Assembly: GCA_041745915.1 (NCBI GenBank)
Contig: JBGTHZ010000042.1
Span: 23,146 to 87,145, forward strand
Reading direction: 5' to 3'
DNA: 64,000 nucleotides
Source: Pyrinomonadaceae bacterium
GTDB taxonomy: Bacteria; Acidobacteriota; Blastocatellia; Pyrinomonadales; Pyrinomonadaceae
A program made the position numbers and the translations under genes. The notes beneath the pieces are model-generated. The model searched no databases. It was not told the origin of the DNA and worked only from the letters and a program-made list of their open reading frames with translations. Positions 1-8,283 of the stretch are shown here, in pieces; positions within the stretch are counted from its first letter, which is position 1, and every line of letters starts with the position of its first letter.

Positions 1-258
1 TTTCTTCGAAGACATGAGATTGCGTTCAGCTCGTTCAACCCGGGAGCGCTGGTCGGCGATCTCTATGTCCAGTCGTGCTCGCGTATGCTTCGACTCATCG
101 CGGCGACTTTCGAGGGCCCTAATTTCAAAAGCGCGCCGATCGAACTCGTTTTCGATCTCGGCGCGCTTTTGAGGAATGGTTTCCAGTTCTAGTTGTAGTC
201 TTCTTATGCTTGTGTCAAGTTTTTGTAAAGCGACTAATTGGAGCAATTCCGCTTTCAC
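1..258 (-). CDS. 5' part of a coiled-coil protein resembling the COG1579/DUF164 zinc-ribbon family (gene runs off the window edge)
   Basis: Open minus-strand frame starting at GTG 256-258, preceded by GGGAGA. Translation VKAELLQLVALQKLDTSIRRLQLELETIPQKRAEIENEF... is coiled-coil-like. Absent from the ORF track because there is no stop in the window. Confidence 0.4.
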   Translation of the reverse strand, partial: MKAELLQLVALQKLDTSIRRLQLELETIPQKRAEIENEFDRRAFEIRALESRRDESKHTRARLDIEIADQRSRVERAERNLMSSKK

Positions 259-417
259 TCGTTATCTCCCTAAAAAGATCGGGTCTGGTTTTGTACGGTT
301 GGGAACAATCATCGGAAATGATTATCAGTCATCGAACGCCTTCTAGGCAAGCGACGACCCTCTGGGGTGCTGGTGCAGTTTGAACATTGTCCTATGAAGC
401 CTACAGTATCACTCGCT

Positions 418-524
418 TACAGAACCGCGAGCCGTAGCGACCGGATCCTGAGTTCAAGTCACCTAAATGCGGTTTTACTGAGGATTGAGTGTTGGATCCG
501 GTCGCTACGGCTCGCGGTTCTGTA
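418..524. repeat. Perfect 31-bp inverted repeat with 45-nt spacer (family A, terminus TTACAGAACCG)
   Basis: tacagaaccgcgagccgtagcgaccggatcc (418-448) is the exact reverse complement of 494-524. Its first ~30 nt recur at 5145-5175. Confidence 0.9.
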
Positions 525-594
525 GTCGAGTGGAATTTCGACAATAAGCAAACTTTACCAGTACCGGGGAGGTTAGTTCAGGAAAAGCGGGATG

Positions 595-2004
595 CTATTC
601 GGCGCCGACGGCCCTGGCCGCGCTAATTCGTCCGCCCGTCGAAACTTTTCCGTTCAGATGGGGAAGCTTGTCTACAGACTTGAGCAAAGTGGACCGCAAC
701 TCGTCGACTGAGAGCTGGGGCCGTTTTGACAGGACCAGAGCGGCAATACCAGACACCATGGGTGTAGCCATCGAGGTTCCGGAATGCTCCTCATAGTCGT
801 CGCCCAGCCAGGTACTCAGAATATTTGCGCCCGGCGCCGCAAGATGAACACGTTTTGCGCCGTAGTTGGAAAACGATGCGAGTTCGTCCCTGCGATTGAG
901 AGCTGCGACGCTGATCAGATTCCCCAGGTCATAACCGGCAGGATACTGGGGGAACAGGTCTGTATTGGCGCCATCATTGCCACTCGCCGCCACGAACAGT
1001 ATTCCCGCCTCATGCGCTTTGCGGATCACATCCTCGAGTGCCCGGGACGACATCCTCGTGCCCCAGCTGGCGCTAATCACGCGTACATTCACTCCGGCGC
1101 GTTTGCGATCGATGACGTAATTAATCGCTTCGATTGCGTCTTTCGCAGTTCCAAAACCACCGGCATTCATGAATTTCAGCGGCATGATCTTTACTTTCCA
1201 GTTGACGCCGCTGATGCCTATTTCGTTCCCGCCTTCAGCTCCAATAATTCCCGCACAGTGGGTACCGTGGCCATTCTCATCCATCGGATCACCGGAGTTC
1301 TCGACGGCGTTGTAACCGTGGAGGTCCTCGATCGAACCTAGATGGCGATCTTCGTACTTTTTGATATTGTCAGGACGAACCCAGATGTTGTTTTGCAAAT
1401 CGCTGTGAGTGTAGTCAACTCCACTATCGAGCACGGCCACAACGATGTCGTCATCGCCTGTGGTCGTCACCCAGGCGCGCAACGCTCCAACATCCGCTCC
1501 CTCTTTGCCGCCGTTCCGCCCATCATTATCCAGGGCCCATTGTTCCGAAAAGCGCACGTCATTCGGATGCAGGTGTTTAAATCCTCCACCGTCGTGATTC
1601 AAACTAATCTCGTAGTTGGGCTCCGCGTACTCCACTTCCGGCAACGCCCGATACTCGGCAGCGATTGCTTCTGCCTCGAGATTATCCAGGTCGTCGATTG
1701 CGGCCAAACCTGATACCGACTCAATCTCGTCTTCGACGCGATCGTTAAGCCGTGCGGTGATTTTACTGATCGCATCTCCGGACACGCCGGGCCGAAACTT
1801 TACCAGCACCTCCGGCACGTTGTTCTGACGTGTCTCATCAATCTGGTTCGGATCAAAAACAACGTAGGGGTCTGAAGCGCCAGGCATGATCCTGACTGCC
1901 GAACGCCAATCCCTTTGCACTTTCCGGAGCTGGCCAGCGAGTGCGGCAATGAGAACGAGGAAAATAGCGAGAGCGATTTGCAGGATAAACTTGTTGCGGT
2001 TCAT
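595..2004 (-). CDS. Subtilisin-like serine protease (peptidase S8) with N-terminal membrane anchor/signal and propeptide-like region
   Basis: Asp/His/Ser triad motifs VAVLDSGVDYTH, HGTHCAGIIGA and GTSMATPMVSG. Hydrophobic N-terminus FILQIALAIFLVLIAALAG. Confidence 0.9.
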   Translation of the reverse strand: MNRNKFILQIALAIFLVLIAALAGQLRKVQRDWRSAVRIMPGASDPYVVFDPNQIDETRQNNVPEVLVKFRPGVSGDAISKITARLNDRVEDEIESVSGLAAIDDLDNLEAEAIAAEYRALPEVEYAEPNYEISLNHDGGGFKHLHPNDVRFSEQWALDNDGRNGGKEGADVGALRAWVTTTGDDDIVVAVLDSGVDYTHSDLQNNIWVRPDNIKKYEDRHLGSIEDLHGYNAVENSGDPMDENGHGTHCAGIIGAEGGNEIGISGVNWKVKIMPLKFMNAGGFGTAKDAIEAINYVIDRKRAGVNVRVISASWGTRMSSRALEDVIRKAHEAGILFVAASGNDGANTDLFPQYPAGYDLGNLISVAALNRRDELASFSNYGAKRVHLAAPGANILSTWLGDDYEEHSGTSMATPMVSGIAALVLSKRPQLSVDELRSTLLKSVDKLPHLNGKVSTGGRISAARAVGAE

Positions 2005-2089
2005 TGTTACTCCAATTTCGAGTTAAGGGGCTCAAAGCCTCGAGTTGAAAATTGTGCAACCCGAAACCCGCGGCTCGAAAACTCGAAAC

Positions 2090-2365
2090 CTAAATCCGGT
2101 AGTTCTTACCCTGGTAGTTATGCAGCCGCAGCTGATGGGGGTTCGCTCGATATTCAAAGGTTTGGCCATTGGCCTGCAACCTGATACACCAGCCTGGTGT
2201 GATCATTTGCCCGCTCATTTCATCCGCGCCTGACGCACCCAAAGCCGTGTCAGGAAACTCAGCATCGTCCACGGCCTGGATTTCAATATCGCTTTCGCTG
2301 ACACCCAGCCGTCGCGCCAGATCCTTTGATGCTTTTTTGGTTGCGTCTTCTCTGCTCAGAGCCAT
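2090..2365 (-). CDS. Small hypothetical protein (about 91 aa) directly upstream of the S8 protease gene
   Basis: ORF 2090-2410. An internal ATG at 2365 has AGGAAAGGA about 12 nt upstream, so I prefer it to the GTG at 2410. No recognisable domain. Confidence 0.45.
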   Translation of the reverse strand: MALSREDATKKASKDLARRLGVSESDIEIQAVDDAEFPDTALGASGADEMSGQMITPGWCIRLQANGQTFEYRANPHQLRLHNYQGKNYRI

Positions 2366-2444
2366 GGATTGCGGGTTCCTTTCCTCGGGCCGATAATCGT
2401 CTAACGACACTCTTTTAGCGATTGTTCCAATGCACTTGATTCAA

Positions 2445-3206
2445 TCAGGTCAGATCGCCGTAAAGGTATTCTAACAACGCCGTAACGGTAATTGCAGCAG
2501 TTTCGGCCCGCAGCGTTCGTCCGCCCAGCGTCACCACGCTCCAGTTATTGTCGCGTGCTAAAGAAATCTCTTCATCAGTCCATCCACCTTCTGGACCAAC
2601 CAGCGCCGAAACTGGCTGTTGAGTGGGAACCAGATTGTCCCTAACTTCCAAAAGCGACCGCCCTTCTCTCTCAGAGAACATCAACTTCCGCTGCCCCGCA
2701 TGGTCCTTAATCTGTACCAGCTCAGCAAAGGAAATCGGAGGGGTAACCTCCGGCACCACAGCGCGTCCCGACTGCTTGGACGCCTCCAACGCAATTCGTT
2801 GCCATCGCATAATCCGTTTGTTCGCGTCAGAGTCATCGCGCAGATGAATATCGGCGCGCTTGGTTGCCACCGGCACGACGCGAGCGACACCCAACTCCGT
2901 CGTCTTTTGAACGACCAGATCAAACTTGTCGCTCTTCAGCAGAGCCACCGCCAGCGTCAGATATAACGGCGACTCGGGCCGGGCTGGTGCGACTTCGGTC
3001 AAGACCTTCAACCGGGCGGTGTCCTTGCGACTCTCTTCAATCGAACAATGAAACTCTTTTCCGGCGCCATCAAAAACGTGGACCCGGTCACCCGTCCGTA
3101 AACGCAAAACGTCGCGGAGATATCGAGCCTCTTCAAACTGCAATGTCACGCTGTTGAGATCAGAACTGAAGGCGTCCGGTGGAGCGTAGAATCTGCGACG
3201 GGACAT
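2445..3206 (-). CDS. rsmE: 16S rRNA (uracil1498-N3)-methyltransferase RsmE
   Basis: 253 aa with the typical RsmE N-terminus MSRRRFYAPP and C-terminal LVGPEGGWTDEE motif. Sits in the conserved prmA-rsmE arrangement. Confidence 0.85.
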   Translation of the reverse strand: MSRRRFYAPPDAFSSDLNSVTLQFEEARYLRDVLRLRTGDRVHVFDGAGKEFHCSIEESRKDTARLKVLTEVAPARPESPLYLTLAVALLKSDKFDLVVQKTTELGVARVVPVATKRADIHLRDDSDANKRIMRWQRIALEASKQSGRAVVPEVTPPISFAELVQIKDHAGQRKLMFSEREGRSLLEVRDNLVPTQQPVSALVGPEGGWTDEEISLARDNNWSVVTLGGRTLRAETAAITVTALLEYLYGDLT

Positions 3207-3226
3207 TATTTTTTCTCACACGGTTC

Positions 3227-4126
3227 TCAGCTCACGATGCAAACCCACTCAGCTTCGCTGGTAACTTCGGGGACTTCCGACAATCCAAGCTCCTGAAGAC
3301 GCGTTAAGACGGCGTCTGCCTGGGTGTCGAGAATACCGGAAAGGATGAGGCGGCCGCAGGTGGCGGCCATTAAGTTGGGAAGAATCTGTGTGATCGTGCC
3401 GGCAGTGAGATTGGCGCAGACGCAATCGGCTGAGGCTGTTCGGCCCTCCTCAACACTTCCCACGCGAAAGGCTATGTCTGACACTCCGTTCAGTCGCGCG
3501 TTTTCTTCGGCAATGGCAATCGCATCAGCGTCAGTGTCACATGCCTCAACGCGAGCCTCTGGAAACAGCTTGATTACAGCGATTGCCAGTATGCCCGTGC
3601 CGGTTCCAACGTCGAGAAAACTCCCACCGTCAAAATGCTTTTCGATAGCCGCGAGACAGAGGCGAGTGGTTTCGTGGGTACCTGTGCCAAAGGCCATCCC
3701 CGGTTCGATCCGAATTACGACGCGGTCGAGAGGATCCTGTATCTCGCTCCACGGAGGCGCGATGATGAACCGCTCTCCCACTTCGACCGGCTGCCAGCTT
3801 TTTTTCCACTCGCCAAGCCAATCATGGTCGGCAACTTCGCGCACGCTCATACCGCAAACTGATGAGGACGGCAGGCTATAAATTCGCAGCGCTTCCTGTA
3901 GCCCCCCTCGCACGCGCTCACGTTCAGGCGCCTCATCGAAGTACGCCGTCACCCGGAGAAGACCACGGTCACCGTCCTCAGTTTCCGTACCTAACGCTCC
4001 AGCCTCCATAAGTCCGTACTCAACAGCCTCACGCGCCTCACCCGTAATCAATAGATCCAGGCCGGACCACGAGCGCCGCTGTTGCTGTTCTTTCGGAGCG
4101 TTCAATTTCTTCCTCTGGGTGGCCAA
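3227..4126 (-). CDS. prmA: Ribosomal protein L11 methyltransferase PrmA
   Basis: SAM-binding motif FLDVGTGTGILAIA with typical length and neighbourhood. The start is a TTG, so the exact N-terminus is uncertain. Confidence 0.85.
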   Translation of the reverse strand: MATQRKKLNAPKEQQQRRSWSGLDLLITGEAREAVEYGLMEAGALGTETEDGDRGLLRVTAYFDEAPERERVRGGLQEALRIYSLPSSSVCGMSVREVADHDWLGEWKKSWQPVEVGERFIIAPPWSEIQDPLDRVVIRIEPGMAFGTGTHETTRLCLAAIEKHFDGGSFLDVGTGTGILAIAVIKLFPEARVEACDTDADAIAIAEENARLNGVSDIAFRVGSVEEGRTASADCVCANLTAGTITQILPNLMAATCGRLILSGILDTQADAVLTRLQELGLSEVPEVTSEAEWVCIVS

Positions 4127-4176
4127 AGACGACGATCCACGTTTAGTTTTCCATCGCTTGCTGGGACGGCGGCCTA

Positions 4177-5085
4177 CTAACCAATACCCAGTTCATCCAG
4201 CAGATGTTCTTTGTTGCGCCATTCCTTTTCGACCTTGACGAATAGCTCCAGATGGCAGCGATGACCCAGAAGCTCCTCGATTTCCTTGCGCGCGGTTGTG
4301 CCGATCTCCTTCAAACGTGATGCGCCCTTGCCGATAATGATTTTCTTTTGCGACGGCCTCTCGACGAATATTGCACAGTAGATGCGCGTAAAATCCTCAC
4401 GCACCTCTTCCCACTTTTCGGTTACGACCGCAGTGACGTAAGGAATCTCTTCTTCGGTGGTTTGCAGAATCTTCTCGCGAATGATCTCGGCGACCATTGA
4501 GCGGACCGATTGATCCGTAAGCTCGTCCTCGCCGAAAAGAGGCTCGGATTCCGGAAGGTGCTTGATCATTTGATCGAGCAGCACATCCAACGCGCTTCCT
4601 CGCAAGGCAGATATCGGCACAACTTCCTGCCAGTCATACTCGTTTTGGTACCAATCGATCAGCCGAAGTAGTTCGGTTTTGTCTGGCAGCTTGTCGATCT
4701 TATTGAGCAAGAGTAGCGCCGGTTTGTCTGACTTTTGGACCAGATCCAAAACAAATCGATCTCCATTGCCAGTTCTCACTGAAGCATCCCGAATCAGACA
4801 AATCAGGTCCACGCCCATCAACGCTTCCTGCACCGTAGACATCATCCGTCGATTCATCTCGTATCCGGGTTTGTGAACACCGGGGGTATCCACCAGAACT
4901 ATCTGACCATCGGGCCGTGTGATGACACCCTGAATCCGGAAGCGAGTGGTCTGTGGCTTGTTTGACACCGCTGCAAGCTTTTGGCCCACGAGCCGGTTGA
5001 GCAACGTGGATTTCCCGGCATTCGGACGGCCGATTAACCCCACATAACCACTGCGGTAACTTGCTTCTGGAGTTGCTTGTGCCAA
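4177..5085 (-). CDS. era: GTPase Era
   Basis: G1 GRPNAGKS, G3 DTPG, G4 NKID and a C-terminal KH-like region. TTG start preceded by AAGGAAG. Confidence 0.9.
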   Translation of the reverse strand: MAQATPEASYRSGYVGLIGRPNAGKSTLLNRLVGQKLAAVSNKPQTTRFRIQGVITRPDGQIVLVDTPGVHKPGYEMNRRMMSTVQEALMGVDLICLIRDASVRTGNGDRFVLDLVQKSDKPALLLLNKIDKLPDKTELLRLIDWYQNEYDWQEVVPISALRGSALDVLLDQMIKHLPESEPLFGEDELTDQSVRSMVAEIIREKILQTTEEEIPYVTAVVTEKWEEVREDFTRIYCAIFVERPSQKKIIIGKGASRLKEIGTTARKEIEELLGHRCHLELFVKVEKEWRNKEHLLDELGIG

Positions 5086-5144
5086 GACTTCCTTTGTCCT
5101 GATCGTTAGCTAACGCTTTGAAAAACCAGCCATGACACGTCATC

Positions 5145-5242
5145 TTACAGAACCGGGAGCGGTAGCGACCGGATGCCACACGCAATGTGTCATCGAATTC
5201 TCAAGACATCGTACGGTTGCGTGTGACATCCCGGTTCTGTAA
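5145..5242. repeat. Family A palindromic element, second copy
   Basis: ttacagaaccggga (5145-5158) pairs perfectly with 5229-5242. An inner arm, gatgccacacgcaa, pairs with 5215-5228. The left arm shares ttacagaaccgSgagcSgtagcgaccggat with 418-448. Confidence 0.8.
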
Positions 5243-5257
5243 CGAGTTGATGGTTCT

Positions 5258-6019
5258 TCAAAATGCTATTCTACTGACTCGCCACTGGTCGCCACGACGA
5301 CTGATTTCGTCGAGTGCTTGCTGCAGCTCATCACGTTTCGCTAACAACTCGGTCTCATCCGCATCGGGAGACACATGAATTGGCTCAGCAATGTCTAGCA
5401 GAGCACGCGCAAACGGTCGGGGCACCTGAAACTGGTCCCAACTCTTACGGGCTGACCAAAAACTGGAAGCCGTGATGGTGAACGGCAGGATCGGCTGTCC
5501 GGTCTTCTTCGCGAGCAGCACTGCGCCCATCTTGGCCACATACCTCGGGCCCTTGGGACCGTCGATACTGAAGCCGGTGGGGCAACCAGCCCGCACCAGT
5601 CGGGCCATCTCAACTATGGCCCCAACTCCGCCGCGTGTACTTGAACCGCGGGCCGCGCCATAGCCGAATCTTTGTATGAACCGTGCGATGTACTCGCCAT
5701 CGAAACTTTGCGAAGTCATCACGACAATACGCCGGCGCCGGAAGAAGTAAGTCGCCAGGAACACACGGTTGTGCCAGAAGCTGTAGATGGGTAAGCCTTC
5801 ATTGCGGGAAGCTGCCTCCCAGTTTTCCCATCCTTTAACTTCAAACCGGACGGTCAATCCAATCAGATTGATGATCACAAAGAAGCCTAAATCTGCTGCC
5901 CTTATCAAGAAGCGCTTCCTCAGCGGATAAGCTGAAAGGTCAGCGAAGGTATAGGCGCGTTCGACGGTTTCCTGTTTGGGGCGCGCACCCTTGAATTGAC
6001 GTTCAGCTGAAGCTTGCAT
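5258..6019 (-). CDS. DUF374-type lysophospholipid acyltransferase family protein
   Basis: 253 aa with motifs FWHNRVF and VMTSQSFDGEYIA...GAARGSSTRGG, which are typical of DUF374. Lies adjacent to a lipid A acyltransferase gene. Confidence 0.65.
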   Translation of the reverse strand: MQASAERQFKGARPKQETVERAYTFADLSAYPLRKRFLIRAADLGFFVIINLIGLTVRFEVKGWENWEAASRNEGLPIYSFWHNRVFLATYFFRRRRIVVMTSQSFDGEYIARFIQRFGYGAARGSSTRGGVGAIVEMARLVRAGCPTGFSIDGPKGPRYVAKMGAVLLAKKTGQPILPFTITASSFWSARKSWDQFQVPRPFARALLDIAEPIHVSPDADETELLAKRDELQQALDEISRRGDQWRVSRIAF

Positions 6020-6107
6020 ATGAAGTTCGGTTGGAACTGAGCGAGTATAGCGAAAAGGTCGCCGGGCGATAAGTCACCGCCATCTCGTAGCTTCCGTTCA
6101 ATTGCCT

Positions 6108-6177
6108 CACGATCCACGAAGCCCCACGAACCGACGCGAAATTAGTTAGTGACATCTGGTGTGCTTCGTGGATCGTG
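6108..6177. repeat. Family B hairpin (terminus CACGATCCACGAA)
   Basis: cacgatccacgaagc (6108-6122) is the exact reverse complement of 6163-6177. The same terminus occurs at 22309, 23272 (reverse) and 53615. Confidence 0.85.
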
Positions 6178-6243
6178 TCTTACGCTACCTTTGGTTGGAG
6201 CAATTATTACCTTTACAACTGCCGTCTGCCTCCTGCCTCCTGT

Positions 6244-7170
6244 CTAATCGTAAAACTCCGGTTCGCCTTCCGGCCGGGTCTTCCAGCGTTTGTGAATCCA
6301 CAACCACTGATCCGGATAAAGCCTGACCATCCGCTCCATCGCCGCAGCAAAGCGCGCGGTGTTGAGTTCGACGTCCTTGCGATGATCGCCCGTGCGCACC
6401 AACTCGACCGGCGGGTCGCCGTGAAAGAAATAACGTTTCTTTTGCTTGTCCCAGACGGCGCAAGTTGGAATCACCACCGCGTCGGTCTTTAGCGCCAGAG
6501 TCGCAATGCCCGCCGTAGTGCAGGCCGGTTTGCCAAAGAAAGGCACAAAAACTCCTTCATGTGGATGGGAGTTAAGATCGGAGAGAATCCCCAGCGTACC
6601 GCCCTCGCGCAGCACTTTCAATGACTGCCGAGCAGCGCTCTTCTTGTCAATAGCACGGTTTCCAAATCGCGTTCTGATCTTCTCAATCATTTCTTCGACG
6701 CGCGGGTTGTCGATCGGACGGACCAGAAAGCTGATGGGATATTCGAGCGCGGACCATCCAAAGCTCAACAACTCCCAGGAGCCAACGTGACCCGTCAAAA
6801 AGATTACTCCGCGACCGTTCCTTTCCGCCTCTCGCAAATGGGCCAGACCAACCTGGTCATACTCAATCAGCTTGCGGAGCACTTCCGGGGTAGCGCGGGG
6901 GAGTTGGCTAAATTCACCCAGCAGTCGACCAAGATTTTCAAAGCTTCCCCGCAGGAGTTGCCGGCGCTCAGCCTCGCTCTTTTCCGGAAAGGCGAGCTGT
7001 AGATTACGTTGCCCGGTGCGGTTTAGACCTCCCGGCAGAACATGAGCAATCCGGCCCAATAGCAGTCCCAGGGCAACTGCGGCGGGACGCGGCAAAGCGC
7101 CCAACCCGGAGAGGATTGTGCGTGCAAGAGCGAACTCAAGATTGGTTTGTAGTCTTCCGCGCTTTGCCAT
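6244..7170 (-). CDS. Lipid A biosynthesis (Kdo2-lipid IVA) acyltransferase, LpxL/HtrB family
   Basis: 308 aa with an H(x)4E-type motif (TGHVGSWELL) and family-typical length. Confidence 0.75.
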   Translation of the reverse strand: MAKRGRLQTNLEFALARTILSGLGALPRPAAVALGLLLGRIAHVLPGGLNRTGQRNLQLAFPEKSEAERRQLLRGSFENLGRLLGEFSQLPRATPEVLRKLIEYDQVGLAHLREAERNGRGVIFLTGHVGSWELLSFGWSALEYPISFLVRPIDNPRVEEMIEKIRTRFGNRAIDKKSAARQSLKVLREGGTLGILSDLNSHPHEGVFVPFFGKPACTTAGIATLALKTDAVVIPTCAVWDKQKKRYFFHGDPPVELVRTGDHRKDVELNTARFAAAMERMVRLYPDQWLWIHKRWKTRPEGEPEFYD

Positions 7171-7201
7171 TAGTGGATCGCGAGGGCGTAGTTTAGCCCA
7201 T

Positions 7202-7311
7202 CAAGTGATGAGTAATAACTGATATAACTGATTTATAAGTGATGACGGATACCCAGAGACAAAGACATCGACGGCGCCTCCCTGACTAAACGCATCACTT
7301 ATCACTTAACG
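7202..7311. repeat. Cluster of AAGTGAT(G/A)A words in direct and inverted orientation within a divergent promoter region
   Basis: Direct copies caAGTGATGAg and taAGTGATGAc, and inverted gcATCACTTATCACTTaa, lie between divergently transcribed genes (7170 and 7423). Confidence 0.6.
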
Positions 7312-7422
7312 CTGCCTTTCTGATATATTTCGAACGCGGCACGACGCAATATCGTACAGTAGCTTGGAAGCGCCCGCCGTGCGTTCCGTTCTCTCCTCGG
7401 ACACTAGACAGATTGGAGCTGG

Positions 7423-8283
7423 ATGCAGAAAGTCAGGATTCTCATCGTCGATAATAACGATGAGCTGCGCGCCATACTCGAGCAGGTTTTAGGCCGTTTG
7501 GGCCACTCAGTGACTGGTACCGGCGATCGCCAGAAGGCACTTTCCTGGGAAGACCTCGACCAGTTTGATCTAATTATCAGCGACCTCACCGAAGACGCGG
7601 ATCAATGCGCCCACACAGTGAGCGAACTCCAACGCAAACACCTGATTGTTCCAATCTCACCGAACGGAGTACAACCGAAACTAATCAAGGCTTTTAAGAT
7701 GGGCGCGGCCAACTATTTGCGACTTCCGTATAACAAAGACGAGCTGCGCGAGATTGTAGAACTAACCCTTTCCCACAAACTGCAATATGTAGACGACCTT
7801 AGCGTCCTGCCTCACGTTCACGAAAAGATCGAATTTGAACTACCCAGCGATCTTTCGCTGATGAATGGCGTATTGCAATATCTACTTGAGCGTGTTGCCA
7901 AGCTGGGCTTGATTAAACCAGAAAGATCCAACCTCTTCATTGCCCTCGACGAAGCCTTCGTAAACGCAGTCAAGCACGGAAATAAGAACGACCCTACAAA
8001 GCTCGTCCGCATCACCGCTGAATTGACTTCCAAGGAAGCCAGTTTCACGGTGGAAGACGAAGGAGAAGGTTTCAACGTCCAGGACATTCCTGACCCGTGC
8101 GATCCTGCTAACCTCTTTAAGTCCTCCGGTCGGGGCGTGTTGCTTATCTACAACATCATGGATGAAGTTGAGTACAATGCGCAGGGAAATCGTGTAAAGA
8201 TGGTGAAAAGGCCGGATGCTCCGGCTGAGACTCAACCCGTTGAATCGAGCCCGCCAAACGACAAGCACGCCGGAAACGGCTGA
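7423..8283 (+). CDS. Fusion of a response-regulator receiver domain and an RsbW/SpoIIAB-like HATPase (anti-sigma Ser kinase-type) domain
   Basis: N-terminal REC-like region (ILIVDNNDE, acceptor context LIISDL). C-terminal ALDEAFVNAVKHGN ... VEDEGEGF ... SGRGVLLIYNIM matches HATPase_c_2-type anti-sigma factors. Confidence 0.7.
   Translation: MQKVRILIVDNNDELRAILEQVLGRLGHSVTGTGDRQKALSWEDLDQFDLIISDLTEDADQCAHTVSELQRKHLIVPISPNGVQPKLIKAFKMGAANYLRLPYNKDELREIVELTLSHKLQYVDDLSVLPHVHEKIEFELPSDLSLMNGVLQYLLERVAKLGLIKPERSNLFIALDEAFVNAVKHGNKNDPTKLVRITAELTSKEASFTVEDEGEGFNVQDIPDPCDPANLFKSSGRGVLLIYNIMDEVEYNAQGNRVKMVKRPDAPAETQPVESSPPNDKHAGNG

Noticed and set aside
784-1713. Plus-strand ORFs of 185 aa and 123 aa inside the S8 protease gene.
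   Set aside because: They lie antisense to a gene with clear catalytic motifs. Their translations are Arg/Ala/Cys-rich and low-complexity, as is typical of shadow ORFs in GC-rich DNA.
5920-6117. A 65-aa minus-strand ORF upstream of, and overlapping, the DUF374 gene start.
   Set aside because: It overlaps the better-supported DUF374 start region and begins inside the family B hairpin. There is no supporting RBS or domain.
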